This document shows, piece by piece, positions 23,738 through 37,621 of a DNA stretch of 64,000 nucleotides; the first letter of the stretch is position 1, and every line of letters starts with the position of its first letter. The stretch lies in the NCBI RefSeq assembly GCF_001194135.2, contig NC_069000.1:7682013-7746012 (forward strand), read 5' to 3'. The stretch comes from Octopus bimaculoides. Its lineage: Eukaryota. Made by a program: the position numbers and the translations under genes. The notes under the pieces are model-generated. The model made no database searches and was not told the origin of the DNA. It saw nothing but the letters and a program-made list of their open reading frames with translations.

Positions 23738-24279
23738 CAGTAATACCTCAGTTTACAAGGATCCGCTTTACAAGACGCAAGGTTTACGAGTTTTATTTTT
23801 CAAGCAGAAGATCCAAATTTTGAAGTGCAAAAGCTTCTAACTATCGTAGCAAATGCTTCTGCATGTTACCAAGAAATTTATAGAGAGCGGAAAAAAGCTT
23901 CTTCTAAGCAATCAACTCTAGACTTGTTTTTTAAAAAGAAATCTACAAGTCCATCTACAAATGCTTGTGAATCGGTGATTGCATCAACAAGCGATAGTGT
24001 GTGCGAGTGAAAGTGATTCAGAAAACGATTATAATATCTTTTTTATTATAAATGATCTTGATATTCTTTTTATTTTACATAAAATATTCTTTACATTCTA
24101 CTGTTGTTTTATTGCCATTTATTTACCAATATTATAAATTTTATAAATAAAATAATTTTATGGGAATGAATTGTGATTTATAACATTGCTACTATGGGAA
24201 ATTATTGCTCTGCTTTACCAGTTTTCACTTTACAAGTGGTCTCTGGGAACAAATTAACTTGTATATCAAGGCATTACCA
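23738..24279 (+). mobile_element. Tigger/pogo-like internally deleted DNA transposon
   Basis: Imperfect TIRs cagtaatacctcagtttacaag and cttgtatatcaaggcattacca, right end followed by TA; remnant ORF ...KKASSKQSTLDLFFKK resembles the Tigger transposase C-terminus (QTTLD.FF). Confidence 0.75.
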
Positions 24280-24296
24280 TATATATATATATATAT

Positions 24297-24500
24297 ACAC
24301 TCTTTTACTTGTTTCAGTCATTTGAATGCAGCCATGCTGGAGCACTTCCTTTAATCGAACAAACTTACCGCAGGTCTTATTCTTTGTAAGCCTAGTACTT
24401 ATTTTATTGGTCTCTTTTGCCAAACCACTATGTTATGGGGACATAAACACACCAACATCGGTCGCCAAGCGACGGTGGTAGAGGACGAAGAGGCACACTA

Positions 24501-24537
<37 letters not shown>

Positions 24538-24635
24538 ACAGACTTCTTTCAGTTTCCGTCTACTAAATCCACTCACAAGTCTTTGGTCAGCCCAAGGCTG
24601 TAGCAGAAGACACTCACCCAAGATGCCACGCGGTG
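24297..24635 (-). mobile_element. Family A SINE (tail, internal microsatellite, part of head), head truncated by a minisatellite
   Basis: Seen: ctcttttacttgtttcagtcatttga...gccatgctggagcac...(TA)n...cagtttccgtctactaaatccactcacaag...aagacac...gccacgc. Confidence 0.85.
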
Positions 24636-24840
24636 GTCCGTGCCAGTCAATGTCGGTCCGTGCCAGTCAATGTCGGTCCGTGCCAGTCAATGTCAGTCCG
24701 TGCTGGTCAATGTCGATCAGTGCCAGTCAATGTCAGTCTATGCCCATCTGTGCCAGTCTGTGTTGGTCTTTGTTAATCTGTGCTAGCCTGTCTTCGTCTG
24801 TGCCAGTCTAAGCTAGTCTGTGCTGGTATGTGTTGGCAAA
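24636..24840. repeat. 20-bp minisatellite (TGCCAGTCAATGTCGGTCCG) decaying into a 10-bp periodicity
   Basis: Seen directly. Confidence 0.9.
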
Positions 24841-25786
24841 AATTACTTAGTGAAGACCATAAATTTGAAAAGTTGGTACACCAAAGTGACAAGGCTACTG
24901 ACATTTGAAACCAAGGCCATCAATATTGGAGGGAGGGACACATTTTAAAAGACACTTTTCCTATCCAAGAGGAGATTTCTCTCTCATCCACTTAACACAA
25001 GAACTAAGCACTGGGCCTTAAGTGTGTACATGTATGTGTGTGTGTGGGGAGGTGCATCTGTGTGTGATGTGTTTGTGGAGTGTTTTTGTGATGCGTACAT
25101 ATACAGATGATATAGTTTTGTATGTGTGTTAGGTGCTTGTATATATGTGTGCTGTGATTGTGTGCATGTGTGTGATTGTGTGTGTGCATATGTACGTTAG
25201 TGTTCATGTATGTTTGGGTGTGATGTAGAAAAGGGGACATCAGTTAAAAGGGAAGAGCAACAGAATCATCACCACCACTACCACCATCATCACCACCATA
25301 ACCATGGTGATTATAGAGGAGGAAGGGTGTAGAGTGAGGTCTGAGGAAGTTGTCAACATGTTAGTGACAGTAAACTGGAAGTTGTCAAAGTAAACTACAC
25401 CAAACTGGATTACTGAATTGTGGGAATTGTCAATGGAGAGAGGACATTCCATCACTCATTGCTACTACCAATATCATCATAATCATCATCATTATTGTAG
25501 TGTCAGTGTATGTGGTGGTGGTGGGGGNNNNNNNNNNNNNNNNNNNNNNNNNNNNNNNNNNNNNNNNNNNNNNNNNNNNNNNNNNNNNNNNNNNNNNNNN
25601 NNNNNNNNNNNNNNNNNNNNNNNNNNNNNNNNNNNNNNNNNNNNNNNNNNNNNNNNNNNNNNNNNNNNNNNNNNNNNNNNNNNNNNNCATCATAATCATC
25701 ATCATTATTGTAGTGTCAGTGTATGTGGTGGTGGTGGGGGGCATAACCATCACCTCCCTCCACATCATCATCATCACTAATGTAAC

Positions 25787-25841
<55 letters not shown>

Positions 25842-26532
25842 GTAGCATTATCATTGTCACCACTGTGTACACAGAGAAAGAGTGAGCCTCACTTTCACAA
25901 CCATCATCATCACCATCAATACTATCATCATCATCATCATCAATATCATAATCAGCAAAATAATTTTGTTTATTTTCTAATAATAGACAAAAGACTTGGG
26001 GGAAGATATGGTTGTTATTTCTACCAAGCCCGACCCTCCATTACAACTACAGAAGCCTTCTTGCCACTCTCCGGTTACCATTCTTCAGACATGGCTACAG
26101 AACTACTCCTTAACTTATTTTGACCACCTGGAAATCTAAATCCAGAACATAACAATTCAACCGGCTCCCTTCTTCTCGGAAACACCAAGGGACATCAAAT
26201 GTAATCCCCCAACACTGCCACCCACACACACAAACCAAAGTACAAGAAATTACTTGAAACACGCAGCAACATTCACAGCACTATTCATAAAGAAATCCAA
26301 ACTAGCCACAAGAATACAAGACTTGCTCAACATCAGTACCATTCCTTCAGAAACTGTGTCAATTCTATCTCAATCTCACCAGAGATGACCTCATCTTATA
26401 TTTAGGTAGAATTAATCAAAGACAGGAGTTAATTTAATCAACACTGCTACATATATTCCACACCATATATATTACTGGCCTAAGGCCTTCTACAGTAAAT
26501 TGAAAACCCTTATCCTCATCATAATGCTTAAT

Positions 26533-27035
26533 TTGAATGATGTTAGGTATGTGTTAGTAACAGACAACATGTGTTATTGTATGATATTAGGTGTGTGTTG
26601 GTAGCAGAGGACATATGTTATTGAATGGTGTAAGGTGTGTGTATCGGTAACAAACAACATGTCATTGAATGATGTAAGGAGTGTGTCTCAGTAGCAGACA
26701 TGTGTCATTGTATGATGTTAAGCATCAGTAACAGATGTGTCCTTGAATGATGTTGGGTGTGTCGGTAGCAGACAACAGGGGTCACTGAAAAATGGTTGGG
26801 TATGTACCAGCAACAGATAATGTGTGTGTCATTGAATGATGTTAGATATGTGTTGGTAGCAGATGACATATCACTGAATGATGTAAGGTGTGTGTGTGTG
26901 TCAGTAACAGACATGTGTTCTTGACTGACAATAAGTGTATATGTGTGTGTGTCAGTGACAGACATGTCATTAAATGATGTTAGGTGTCTGTCAGTAGCAA
27001 ACATGTGTCACTGGATGATGTTAAGTTTGTGTGTC
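26533..27035. repeat. Degenerate ~43-bp minisatellite, about 12 units (TTGAATGATGTTAGG...GTAGCAGACA...TGTCA)
   Basis: Seen directly. Confidence 0.85.
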
Positions 27036-27826
27036 AATAGCGGAGAAGAATCTTTGAATGTTGCGAGAATAAAACAAATTCTTTATAAGTATAACATTGA
27101 ATGGATTATATAAATGTATGTATACACTTCTGTGTATACACAGCATATATAATCTCGCCAGACTGTGCATGATTTCTCAGGAAATTCTTTGGATAACTTT
27201 GTGTAACATCATTTTTGTCCTTGGGTAGCAACTGTTATTTCCTATTTGCTTCCCTAGAAAGTATGAAAAATGGCTAATATTTCCTTCAAACTTTGCTTTT
27301 GTTACATTTATTCAAACCCCAAAGAATCCCTCTCAATCCCTCTCATGAGCAGCCCACTACTCCAGCTCATGATCAAAGATGCACATATTGTCAGCCACTA
27401 AAGGACATGCTCAAGTGATTAAGGTAAGCAACTGGCAAGCAAATCTGTGGTATTGAGCAGAATATTTGCTAAAATGATATTTCTGTTTCAGCAGCTCAGT
27501 GTTGAATCAGTTTGAAATGTAATGGAAAATAGGTCAGTTTCAAAACATTGGTGCCCAAGTCACAAAAGCCAAGTTTGAAGGGAATGGTAGTGATTTCCTT
27601 TAAATTCTAGATAGAAGCAGATTGGAAATAACACTTACAGACCAAAGACAAAAAAAATTTGTCACACAGTGTAATTAAACAAGGTAGATAACCAATGCTG
27701 AATATACAGGTAGCTCCTGATCAACTCATGTTACATTCATTTACAACCATGTTAAATTCACCTGAATAAAGTAGACCTAGCAAACCCACATCAAATAAGA
27801 AAAAAAGTTTTAGAAACTTTACATAC

Positions 27827-27909
27827 CTAGTGTGTTGAATTTTCATATTGCTTCCGATCCGTTTCCCTTCAAGACTCTCACTTCGGTCAAATATTGGTAC
27901 AATCCCATG
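27827..27909 (-). CDS. Putative coding exon (83 nt): HGIVPIFDRSESLEGKRIGSNMKIQHT(R), phase 0 to 2
   Basis: Seen: acceptor attttctgtctgtaattccAG| and strong donor TAG|GTATGT; only one frame is open; unique sequence with CpGs. Confidence 0.6.
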
Positions 27910-28098
27910 CTGGAATTACAGACAGAAAATACACTGAAGTTGGCCTGTTTGGAGAAGGCAAGACTATTTATATATGTTGACTGAATGTAAATGTTTGAAA
28001 GAATGAATAGATAATGATTTTAGTATGCCTGTATGTATATGTAATGTGTGGGGGAATGTGTACTGCAAGAATGTGTAATGTATGTGAGGAGTGTTATA

Positions 28099-28225
28099 TG
28101 TGCAAGAGAACGTGTTGTGTGCGCAAGAGAACGTGTTGTGTGCACAAGAGAATGTGTTGTGTGCGTAAGAGAATGTGTTGTGTGCACAAGAGAACGTGTT
28201 GTGTGCACAAGAGAATGTGTAATGT
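28099..28225. repeat. 21-bp minisatellite (GTGCACAAGAGAACGTGTTGT) x6
   Basis: Seen: anchors at 28103, 28124, 28145, 28166, 28187 and 28208. Confidence 0.95.
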
Positions 28226-30022
28226 ATGCTAGAATGTGCAATGTGTGAGAATGTACAGTGTGCCTGAGAATGTGTTACATGTGTGAGAATGTGCAACATC
28301 ATTCTATCAATTGTGCTATCATTGTGCTCAAATCATGTATTGATATTCAAAGTATTAAAATGACATGTAACTTTATTTCCATCCACCATTAAAGCACATA
28401 ACAGAATATCACCATCATTTGCCATCTTAATTCTAACTTCTACTTTTCCATGCTCAGACAAAATCTATCGAAGCAGATTTTCTACAGCCAGATGTCCTTC
28501 CTGTCGCTAACCCTCACCTATCTCCAAGTAAGCTTGCATTTCCCCATAACCAGACATTTGTTTTCATAGAAGATTAGAAATAAAGGACACCACTTAAATG
28601 ATGGTGAAGCTCGCTTACAACTATGCTGTAATGGCAAGGCAAGGGGACATTAACACATATATTCAGATATGCGTGCATATTTAGTGTTCTTCTTCAAGTC
28701 CCTAATTATATATATATATATATATATATATAGGCACACACATCAGAAATAATTAAGATTCAGTTGAATTAGGTACTTAGGTTGAGGCACCAAATCAGTC
28801 CAGTATTATCCACACACCTTAAAGTAAGGGGAATAAAAGCAAACGGCTGTAATGCACTAATACCTGGACATTCTTGTTACTTATTTGCTTTGATATATAT
28901 ATATATGTATCATGATGATATACGCACACATACACACAGAGGCTTCTTTCAGTCTCTGCCTACGAAATCTACCTATAAACCTTTGGTTGATCCAGGACTA
29001 TAGTGGAGGACACTTGCCCAAGGTGCCATGCAGTGAGATTGAACCCAAAACCATGTGGTTGGGACACAGACTTCTTATCACACAATCATTTGTAACTCCA
29101 GACAATCACAAGCCATACTTCCCTGTATGATTGATCAATGCAGGATAAGTGTGTTAATTGTTCCAACATCTGTTCAGTAATGTCGTAAAGACAATCTGTG
29201 GCTGCTTCACTAAAGTAACAGTCAGGGGTATATTACTGGTATATTAATCAGTCATGCCAAGACTAGGATGGTTACGCCCTGCATCCTAGAGGCTATTTTA
29301 GAGACTTGAAGACAGTCACTATATGGTTTCACTTTGAAAATGCTTTTTAAAAACAGTTACTGGAATGTCTTGATGCATGTGTGTGTGTGTGTATGTGTGT
29401 GTGTGTGTGTGTGATGTGTGAGAGAGAGAGACAGAGAGAGAGACAGAGAGAGAGACAGACACACAAAAAGATAAGACATACTGAAGTAAATCGATTAAGA
29501 GAGAAACAGACAGATAAATGGTCCCCTTAAAAGACAGACAGACAGATACATGATCCATCCAGTTATTACATCATTCCTACATGTGTATTTTGCAATATCA
29601 GGGTGTGTGTGTGTAAACACACACACACACACATACACAACAACAACATATACCCGTGCACACACAAACATAAATAGACTGACAAAATTTAAACAGTTGT
29701 TACATATCAATAAATGGCTGTGGGAAAATACCTCACAGGGCGGGGGAGGAGTGTTCTTACTCAATACAACTATACTGGGTGAGTACATGACGCACACACA
29801 TACACAATTGTATGTTGTTTTATTTCCATGTTGTTTTACTAAACTACAGAGCATATCTATAAATTTTAGTGAACACAATGTAACACACACACACACACAT
29901 ACACAACAACAACATATACCCGTGCACACACAAACATAAATAGACTGACAAAATTTAAACAGTTGTTACATATCAATANNNNNNNNNNNNNNNNNNNNNN
30001 NNNNNNNNNNNNNNNNNNNNNN

Positions 30023-30067
<45 letters not shown>

Positions 30068-30181
30068 ATATTTTTGCATATATACATGTAAACATGTATG
30101 GATATATCATCATCATCATCGTTTAACGTCCGCTTTCCATGCTAGCATGGGTTGGACGATTTGAGATATATATATATATAC

Positions 30182-30218
<37 letters not shown>

Positions 30219-30745
30219 CACATACAGTATACAGTGGTTCCGCACTCGTATCAAATGCAATTAAGTGAAAAACCAGCCAACTGTGAGTCGAACTGGAATA
30301 TTATTTACTTAAACCAGACAGATTAGCAATGGGGAAACTCTGAGTAGTGACTTACACAAACTCAGCTTTAAGTAAATAAGGTCTATAACATTTATATCTG
30401 TGTGTGTGTGTGTGTGTGTGTATATGTGGTCATGTACATATTAATAAACTACATTATACACAAACATAAACAAGTGATAACAAATGTTGCTGACAAACAA
30501 TGGAGTGTGAGGCTGAGTATAAACAATGTGTATGTTATGCATGTATACATATGTTGGTGTGTAATTATGTGTATATGTGGGTGGGTGTGTATGTGTCTAT
30601 GTAATGTGTGTTTGTATATTCACACGTGTGAAACTAAACACTGCAGGGCATTCTGTCCACCACTCACAATCCTATTATTAAAATGCTAAAAGTCACGAGG
30701 TAGACAGACAGCCAGACTGACAGACAATGGATGTGGGATTTGAAT

Positions 30746-30776
<31 letters not shown>

Positions 30777-31196
30777 ATGTACAGGTGTGAGCATGTGTGT
30801 GTCCGTGTGTGTGTGTGTGTCCAATTCAAATACTACCATTGTACATATTTCAAAAATGTCCATTGCTACAAAACAGACAGACTGACAGACAGACAGAAGA
30901 TCCAGAGTGCGTTATGTAACTATATATGCTGACTGCATGTAACGCATACATGCATATATGTCTGAATGCAACTATGTATGAAAATACATGCATGTATATT
31001 TGTGTGTGTGTGTGTGTGTGTTTGTATGTGTGTGTGTGTGTGTATATATATATTTATATACAAACACACATATGCATGTATTTACGCATGTATGTATGTA
31101 CACATTTATATGTGTCTGTATGACAAAGTATTTATAAGCATATATGACTGCATGTACATATTTATGCCTGTATGTAAGTATACATCNNNNNNNNNN

Positions 31197-31244
<48 letters not shown>

Positions 31245-31706
31245 GACAAAGTAGTTAGAAATATATATGACTGCATGTGTGCAAATATATTTGTAGACAT
31301 GTATACATACAATACTCATGCACACATGTGTCTATACACGTATAAGTACATATCAATGCATAAAACAACTCGGATATATCGAAAAATGAGTGCTGTAAGA
31401 GTGGAGTAACACCAGAATAGCTCCCTCACAACGTTAACAACAATAACAACAACAACAAAAACTCTAGGAATAAATATAAGAAATGAAGATTACTAGGGAG
31501 ACGGAGTGTTTGGGGCCACGGCTTGAGAGATCCACTCTTGATTGACAGAATCTGTTGAGAGCAAAATGGGTGCAGCAAACAATGCATTATGTAGGTGCAG
31601 CACTGTGCAACTGAATTACTTCAACTGAATTGATGTTGTTGCTATTGTTGTTGTTGGTGGTAGGAAAACAAGAGAGAGAGAGAAGGAGGAGGAGGAGGCT
31701 GATTGA

Positions 31707-31745
<39 letters not shown>

Positions 31746-32158
31746 NNNNNNNNNNNNNNNNNNNNNNNNNNNNNNNNNNNNNNNNNNNNNNNNNNNNNNN
31801 NNNNNNNNNNNNNNNNNNNNNNNNNNNNNNNNNNNNNNNNNNNNNNNNNNNNNNNNNNNNNNNNNNNNNNNNNNNNNNNNNNNNNNNNNNNNNNNNNNNN
31901 NNNNNNNNNNNNNNNNNNNNNNNNNNNNNNNNNNNNNNNNNNNNNNNNNNNNNNNNNNNNNNNNNNNNNNNNNNNNNNNNNNNNNNNNNNNNNNNNNNNN
32001 NNNNNNNNNNNNNNNNNNNNNNNNNNNNNNNNNNNNNNNNNNNNNNNNNNNNNNNNNNNNNNNNNNNNNNNNNNNNNNNNNNNNNNNNNNNNNNNNNNNN
32101 NNNNNNNNNNNNNNNNNNNNNNNNNNNNNNNNNNNNNNNNNNNNNNNNNNNNNNNNNN

Positions 32159-32203
<45 letters not shown>

Positions 32204-32536
32204 AGTGGAGGTTTCTTTGTGTGTCACTCCCCCTTCCACTCAAATGTAGAGTAAGATTCTTTGTTGTAGAAGCTACAGCAATTACATAAACAACATCCTC
32301 CTTATACCATCATCATCATCATCACCATCATCACCGCCGCCACCACCACCATCACCACCCCCAGCTGTACAGTGACTTCCTTTAAGTTTCCACCTTCAAT
32401 CTATCTTATTTCATTTCTTTCTCACCTCACCTCTATAACATCCTTTTACATCACAGAGAACATTGACATCACTGCACACACACGCACACACACACACACA
32501 CACATATGGAGCAACATCAGACAAGTAAACAAGTAC

Positions 32537-32598
<62 letters not shown>

Positions 32599-32710
32599 TA
32601 CAAAGACACATATACACAAATAGAGGTTTTAATTTACAAGCAAGAAGCAAAAAAGTACTCCCCAAACGAATGTATATATTACACACACAAACAGCTGAAA
32701 TTATTATCTC

Positions 32711-32742
<32 letters not shown>

Positions 32743-33886
32743 GTACTATTTATTTATGCAAAACACAGCACAGACACATGTAATAGTATGCATGTTATAT
32801 TTAATAGGTGTGGCTGTGCATGTGCACATGTGTATGCATGACTGTGTACATATGATGGGGGGGGGTGCTGAAAGAGAGAAAGAGAGAGAGAGAGTGTGTG
32901 TATGTGTGTGCGTGTGTGCGTGCAGAGCCAGGTTTCAAAGTAATCATCGACCAGCACCACTATGCCACTCTATCACTCCGTTATTGTCTATCGTTCAATC
33001 AACACAACCATATATGGGCATATAGCTGCAGAAACCCCCCTCCCCTTCTCCACCCACCCCCGTGCCATGTGACTTGCCTCTCTGCATCACTTCCAGCTGC
33101 TACAAGATGCTCACACACACAAAAAGAAAACACACAATAACACAATTTTACCACACACAAAGACACACACATGCACGTGTGTAGTTGTGCATTCATGTTT
33201 GTGGAGGGGTGCATTTGTGTGTATGTATGCATACATGCATATACATGTGTGTACATATGCATGCATGTGTGTGTGTGTGTGCACATTTATGCATGTGTAA
33301 GGTAGCTCTATTAGCGATAGAACTGGTGTCAGTATAAAATACTATGTTGGTTGTCAATAGTGATGGTGGTGTTGGACAAAACAGGTAGTACAGTGGGTAA
33401 GTTGGTTGGTAGATGGATGGGTAGGTAGGTTGGTTGGTTGGTGAGCAAGTGGATGGGTAGGTACATGGGTACCTAACCCCCCAAAACACTGTCTCCTATA
33501 TCAGAAACCTGACAACTGCAGCGAGACTGGACAATGTTCAGGCTGCTAAGAAGTTGCATGTATGCAGCGAAGAGACACTTTCTCATTGAGCAAGACCCAC
33601 AACCCTCTCAGCACTGGGCCCCTGCGTCTAACTTTACCCTCTACCTGGGCTCCTGAGCAAAAATATCAATAGTTGCATATACTGCTCAAGAGTAACGATT
33701 CCAGGCAAACGAATGGACAGAACCAGCTGCATCTTCTTTTTCTATGCGTGTTGTTCATTACTGCTTTACTGGGATTCCAGCAGAGATGACGTTTAAGCTA
33801 TTCTCATAATACTGGGAATACAACATGACACGGTTAACTCATAAACTTCTAGACCAGTGGCAGCAGTAAAAAACATGGTTTAAAAT

Positions 33887-34140
33887 CAGTGGTTCTCAAC
33901 CGTTTTTTGCCTATGGATCCCTTTGATTCCTATTTTACTTTACTGGACCCCTAATAAGCATTCAATGTTTAAATAAGTCCCACAATATTTTTATAATTAA
34001 ATATTACTAGGAATTCTAGAAAAGGATTGTTAAAATATTTTGTGTACTGTACAAGTATTACCACTTATTTGAACAAATTTCAACAACTAAATCTTATATG
34101 GACCCCTAAGGACCATGTAGACCCCAGTTGAGGACCACTG
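33887..34140. mobile_element. hAT (Charlie-like) MITE
   Basis: TIRs CAGTGGTTCTCAAC and GTTGAGGACCACTG; flanks gtttaaaat (left) and gtttaaat (right) fit an 8-bp hAT TSD with a 1-nt indel. Confidence 0.85.
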
Positions 34141-35236
34141 GTTTAAATAAACCCTTTAAATCATCTGAGTGTTTTGGTGACACTTCAGGGTGGAGTGTTG
34201 GGGGCAGGTGAGGTTTTAAAAATAAATACTGGGGTTGATTTGTTCAAGTAAACCGTTCAAAGTGGTGCCCCAGCATGGCCACAGTCCAAAGACAGAAACA
34301 AATAAAAGATAAAAGGCAGATCCAGTCTTTTTGCATACAACATTGTTCAAATGTATCATCTTTTTTTATTTTAAAAATGATAAAATGTGATTTGAGAAAG
34401 ATTTAGCTGCTATTTCCATTAGGTGCAATGTGAACCAGTTATAAATATTATGTGAACCGAAGAGAGGCCATAGCTGGACATTTAAGACATTGCTAAATGC
34501 AATACAAGAGAAAATGTCATAGTTTGGTGAAGTTAGGTTCTGGAATAAGGGCAAAGTCAAAGACGACCTGTCTGATAAACTAAAGATGACATCTAGAAAG
34601 TTAGATAACAAATCCTACAAAGTGTAAGAATTAATTTTGTAAGAAAATATACTTCCACAAAATTATTGTCATAACCCATTGAGATACACAACTGAAAAAC
34701 CATCATTTCAATCCAATTTTATCTCATCAACCTTAATGTAGTTAGAAACCAAATATCTATTTCAGTCAAGATTTAGAACACAATGGTGATGCCTTGCTGC
34801 ATTTAGTTATGTTCTGAATTCAAATATATAAAATCATAGTCAAATACTGGGATCAATATAACAGACTGTCACTGTATCAACCAGTTTATCAGCTGTTATA
34901 CACTGCTAGTTACAATGCACTCCCTCGCATTGTTGTAGCCATCAAATGATGCTACCCTGGCTGGCTAGGTGGACAAGCCAACATACCCACAGAATAGGAG
35001 GCTAGTCTGTTGCAGGGTCACAAGAGCACAATACACCGCTGGTCTGGGAATTGAAACCCTGATCTTGCAATCTTGAGTATAAACACTTTAACCACTAGGC
35101 CATGTGCCTTCACATAACTGATTATAGACTCCCTTAAAAGATTGATGGGAGACCTGTGTTTATTTGTTCAATATCTTGACCAGATTATTCAGTGATACAG
35201 GTGTGAAAGTCAGTGTTAGCTATGTGGAGGTACAGG

Positions 35237-35400
35237 TGTAGCTGTGTGGTAAAAAGTTTGCTTCTCGACCACATGGTCCTGAGTTCAGACCCACTGTCTG
35301 GTATTTTGGATAAGTGTTTTCTACTTTAGCCTTGGGCCAACCAAAGCTTTGCAAGTGGATTTGGTAGATGGAAACTGAAAGAAGTCCTTCGTATATGTAT
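35237..35400 (+). mobile_element. Family A SINE head
   Basis: Seen: gtagctgtgtggtaaaaagtttgcttctcgaccacatggtcctgagttcagacccactg...gtggatttggtagatggaaactgaaagaag. Confidence 0.85.
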
Positions 35401-37586
35401 GTGTGTATGTACCTTTATGTGTGTGTTTGTCCCTCACCACATGATAGAATATGATATGGGATACCCTGGGAGAACAAGAGATATTGCTAGGACAAAAGAG
35501 GCTATGATAGGACAAAGTCGGCTGAGGATGACATAGAAACAAAATTTCATGATGTGTTTTTATTACAAACTGTTATGATGTGGTGTTTTCCACAGTTATA
35601 ATCTGTTGTATCTACTCTAGTAGTCATGAGATTTTCTTGGTATCGGATACAATGTATCTCTTCTATACCAAAATGGTAATACACCGCTTCAGCTATCATG
35701 CTATTGCTGATAGCTCTGCAAGACACCAAATTTGAACCATCTACCTTGACTGTGACTCGAACTTGACAATAACATGTAACTGACACTTAACTCCAACTGA
35801 GAACTCGTACAACGACTCTACAACGACTGACACACGACTCGCTGTATTGGTTGATGTCGTCTCACTTTATAATAGCTGACTCATGCCACTTGTCCAGTGG
35901 GAAGGGTGTACCATTTTCATTAAAAAACAAACCTATCCAACCCACATCAACATTGTTAAACTGAAGATTAAACAATTTTAACGATGATGCTGTTTTTGGT
36001 AATGATGAGCTCTACCTGTTGGGGGAAAATATATGATGTCAAAGTTAGAATGAAGGTGTGTACTGTCTATATAAGATGTCAGAAAAGATACACCATTGGA
36101 TATAGACCCGGGGAGATTAACCTTCACTTGTTTGTATCTCATGTCAACATAACCTAAAGGAAACAGATACATCAGCTGACCACCCAAAGGTAAGAGCTGG
36201 TCTCTTCCTCTCTCTTTCTCTTAGTAATTTATGGGGCTATTATTGGTCTGATAGGTTTATTATAACAGTAAATTTGAAAATATTATAATGGAAAAGTATA
36301 ATCACTTGAGAGTAAGAGAGAAACTGATGAACAAATGTGAGAGGGAGAGGTAGAGGGAGGGGAGTGAGAGAGAGAGAGTGAACGAGACAGAGGGGGAGGG
36401 AGAGAAGGAGGTGGAAGGGAGGGAGATGCCAATATAAGAGCAAGGAAAGAAATTTAATCACTACAGAGATAGTATCTGAGAGTTTTGGTTTAAGAGGAAG
36501 TGTGCATGTGAAAGTTTGAGTCATTAAGTAGGATAGATTCAGCTCATCAAGTTGAGAAAGAAGAAAGCATTAAAACTAACTCCGTGATAACAGACAGTGT
36601 GTACACAATGGAATCTAAATATCTACCTAGACACCCATCTTAGAGGTGCTACTCACAGTTTACAGCCTGCTCCAATCAACACAGTCCCTACAGCTATAAC
36701 AGCGAAGCACATATATAACAACAACAACAACACCAGAAAGTTGCTACAACTCAATCTTTCTCTAAATCTTATCCAGACATACACATACAATAACACACAA
36801 ATAACTACATCAATTTTTCTCTTGGTTGGGTGGGGACCATAGCCCAATTCCAAGTTGTCAATCTAGTTTGATAAATCCTGAGAAGTTGAGGATGTTATGC
36901 TTTCCCACCTCAGCATTATCATATCTCTACAGTAATTACAGCCAAAACATTTGCACATGTCAAACAAGAATTGGAAGTTTATTCAATATAAGCAGTAGAT
37001 GGCATCATAGACCAGAACTTTAGGGGTTAGTAATGGTAGGTGGGGATTACTTCTAGGGAACAGAAAACTGAGGGTACAATAAACAAACTTTTATCCAACA
37101 AGTACAACAAGCCTTACCAATCTTTCCTTGCCACAACACTGAGAGACAACATCTATTTTTGACCGCCATCCATCCATGGTGAATTCTCCGACTAGAAATG
37201 CCCCCAATACATTATCTCAGACTTTTAGTCATTACTCTAAAACATTTCCTACATTATTGAAACAGTCTCTCCCTTTGTTCAGATCTTAAAACTCAAGTGA
37301 CCACTTGATGAATATCCATACTTGACCTCAAATGACATCCAATAAAGATTAACCACTACACTTAGATTAAAACTCATGATATTACACACTTGATGCAGCA
37401 ACGTAATAAACTGTATCATGTGGCATTGTTGTCAGCATGGGCGGGCCACACTGTCCTTATTAGTAAAGGGGACAGCGTAGTAAGATTTGGAGTTGGAAAG
37501 CATGAGAATTATTGTAAGAACTATTGAGAGCTGACAACAAGAAAATCTGAGGAACTTTTGAGTCATAATGTACTAAATAAGTGCTG

Positions 37587-37621
<35 letters not shown>

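Noticed and set aside
29263-29289. 8-bp perfect inverted repeat CTAGGATG/CATCCTAG
   Set aside because: Short enough to occur by chance in 64 kb.
29870-29980. Exact repeat of 29615-29710; also 25480-25527 repeated at about 25687-25740
   Set aside because: The duplicates abut N gaps, so they are probably scaffolding overlap artefacts.
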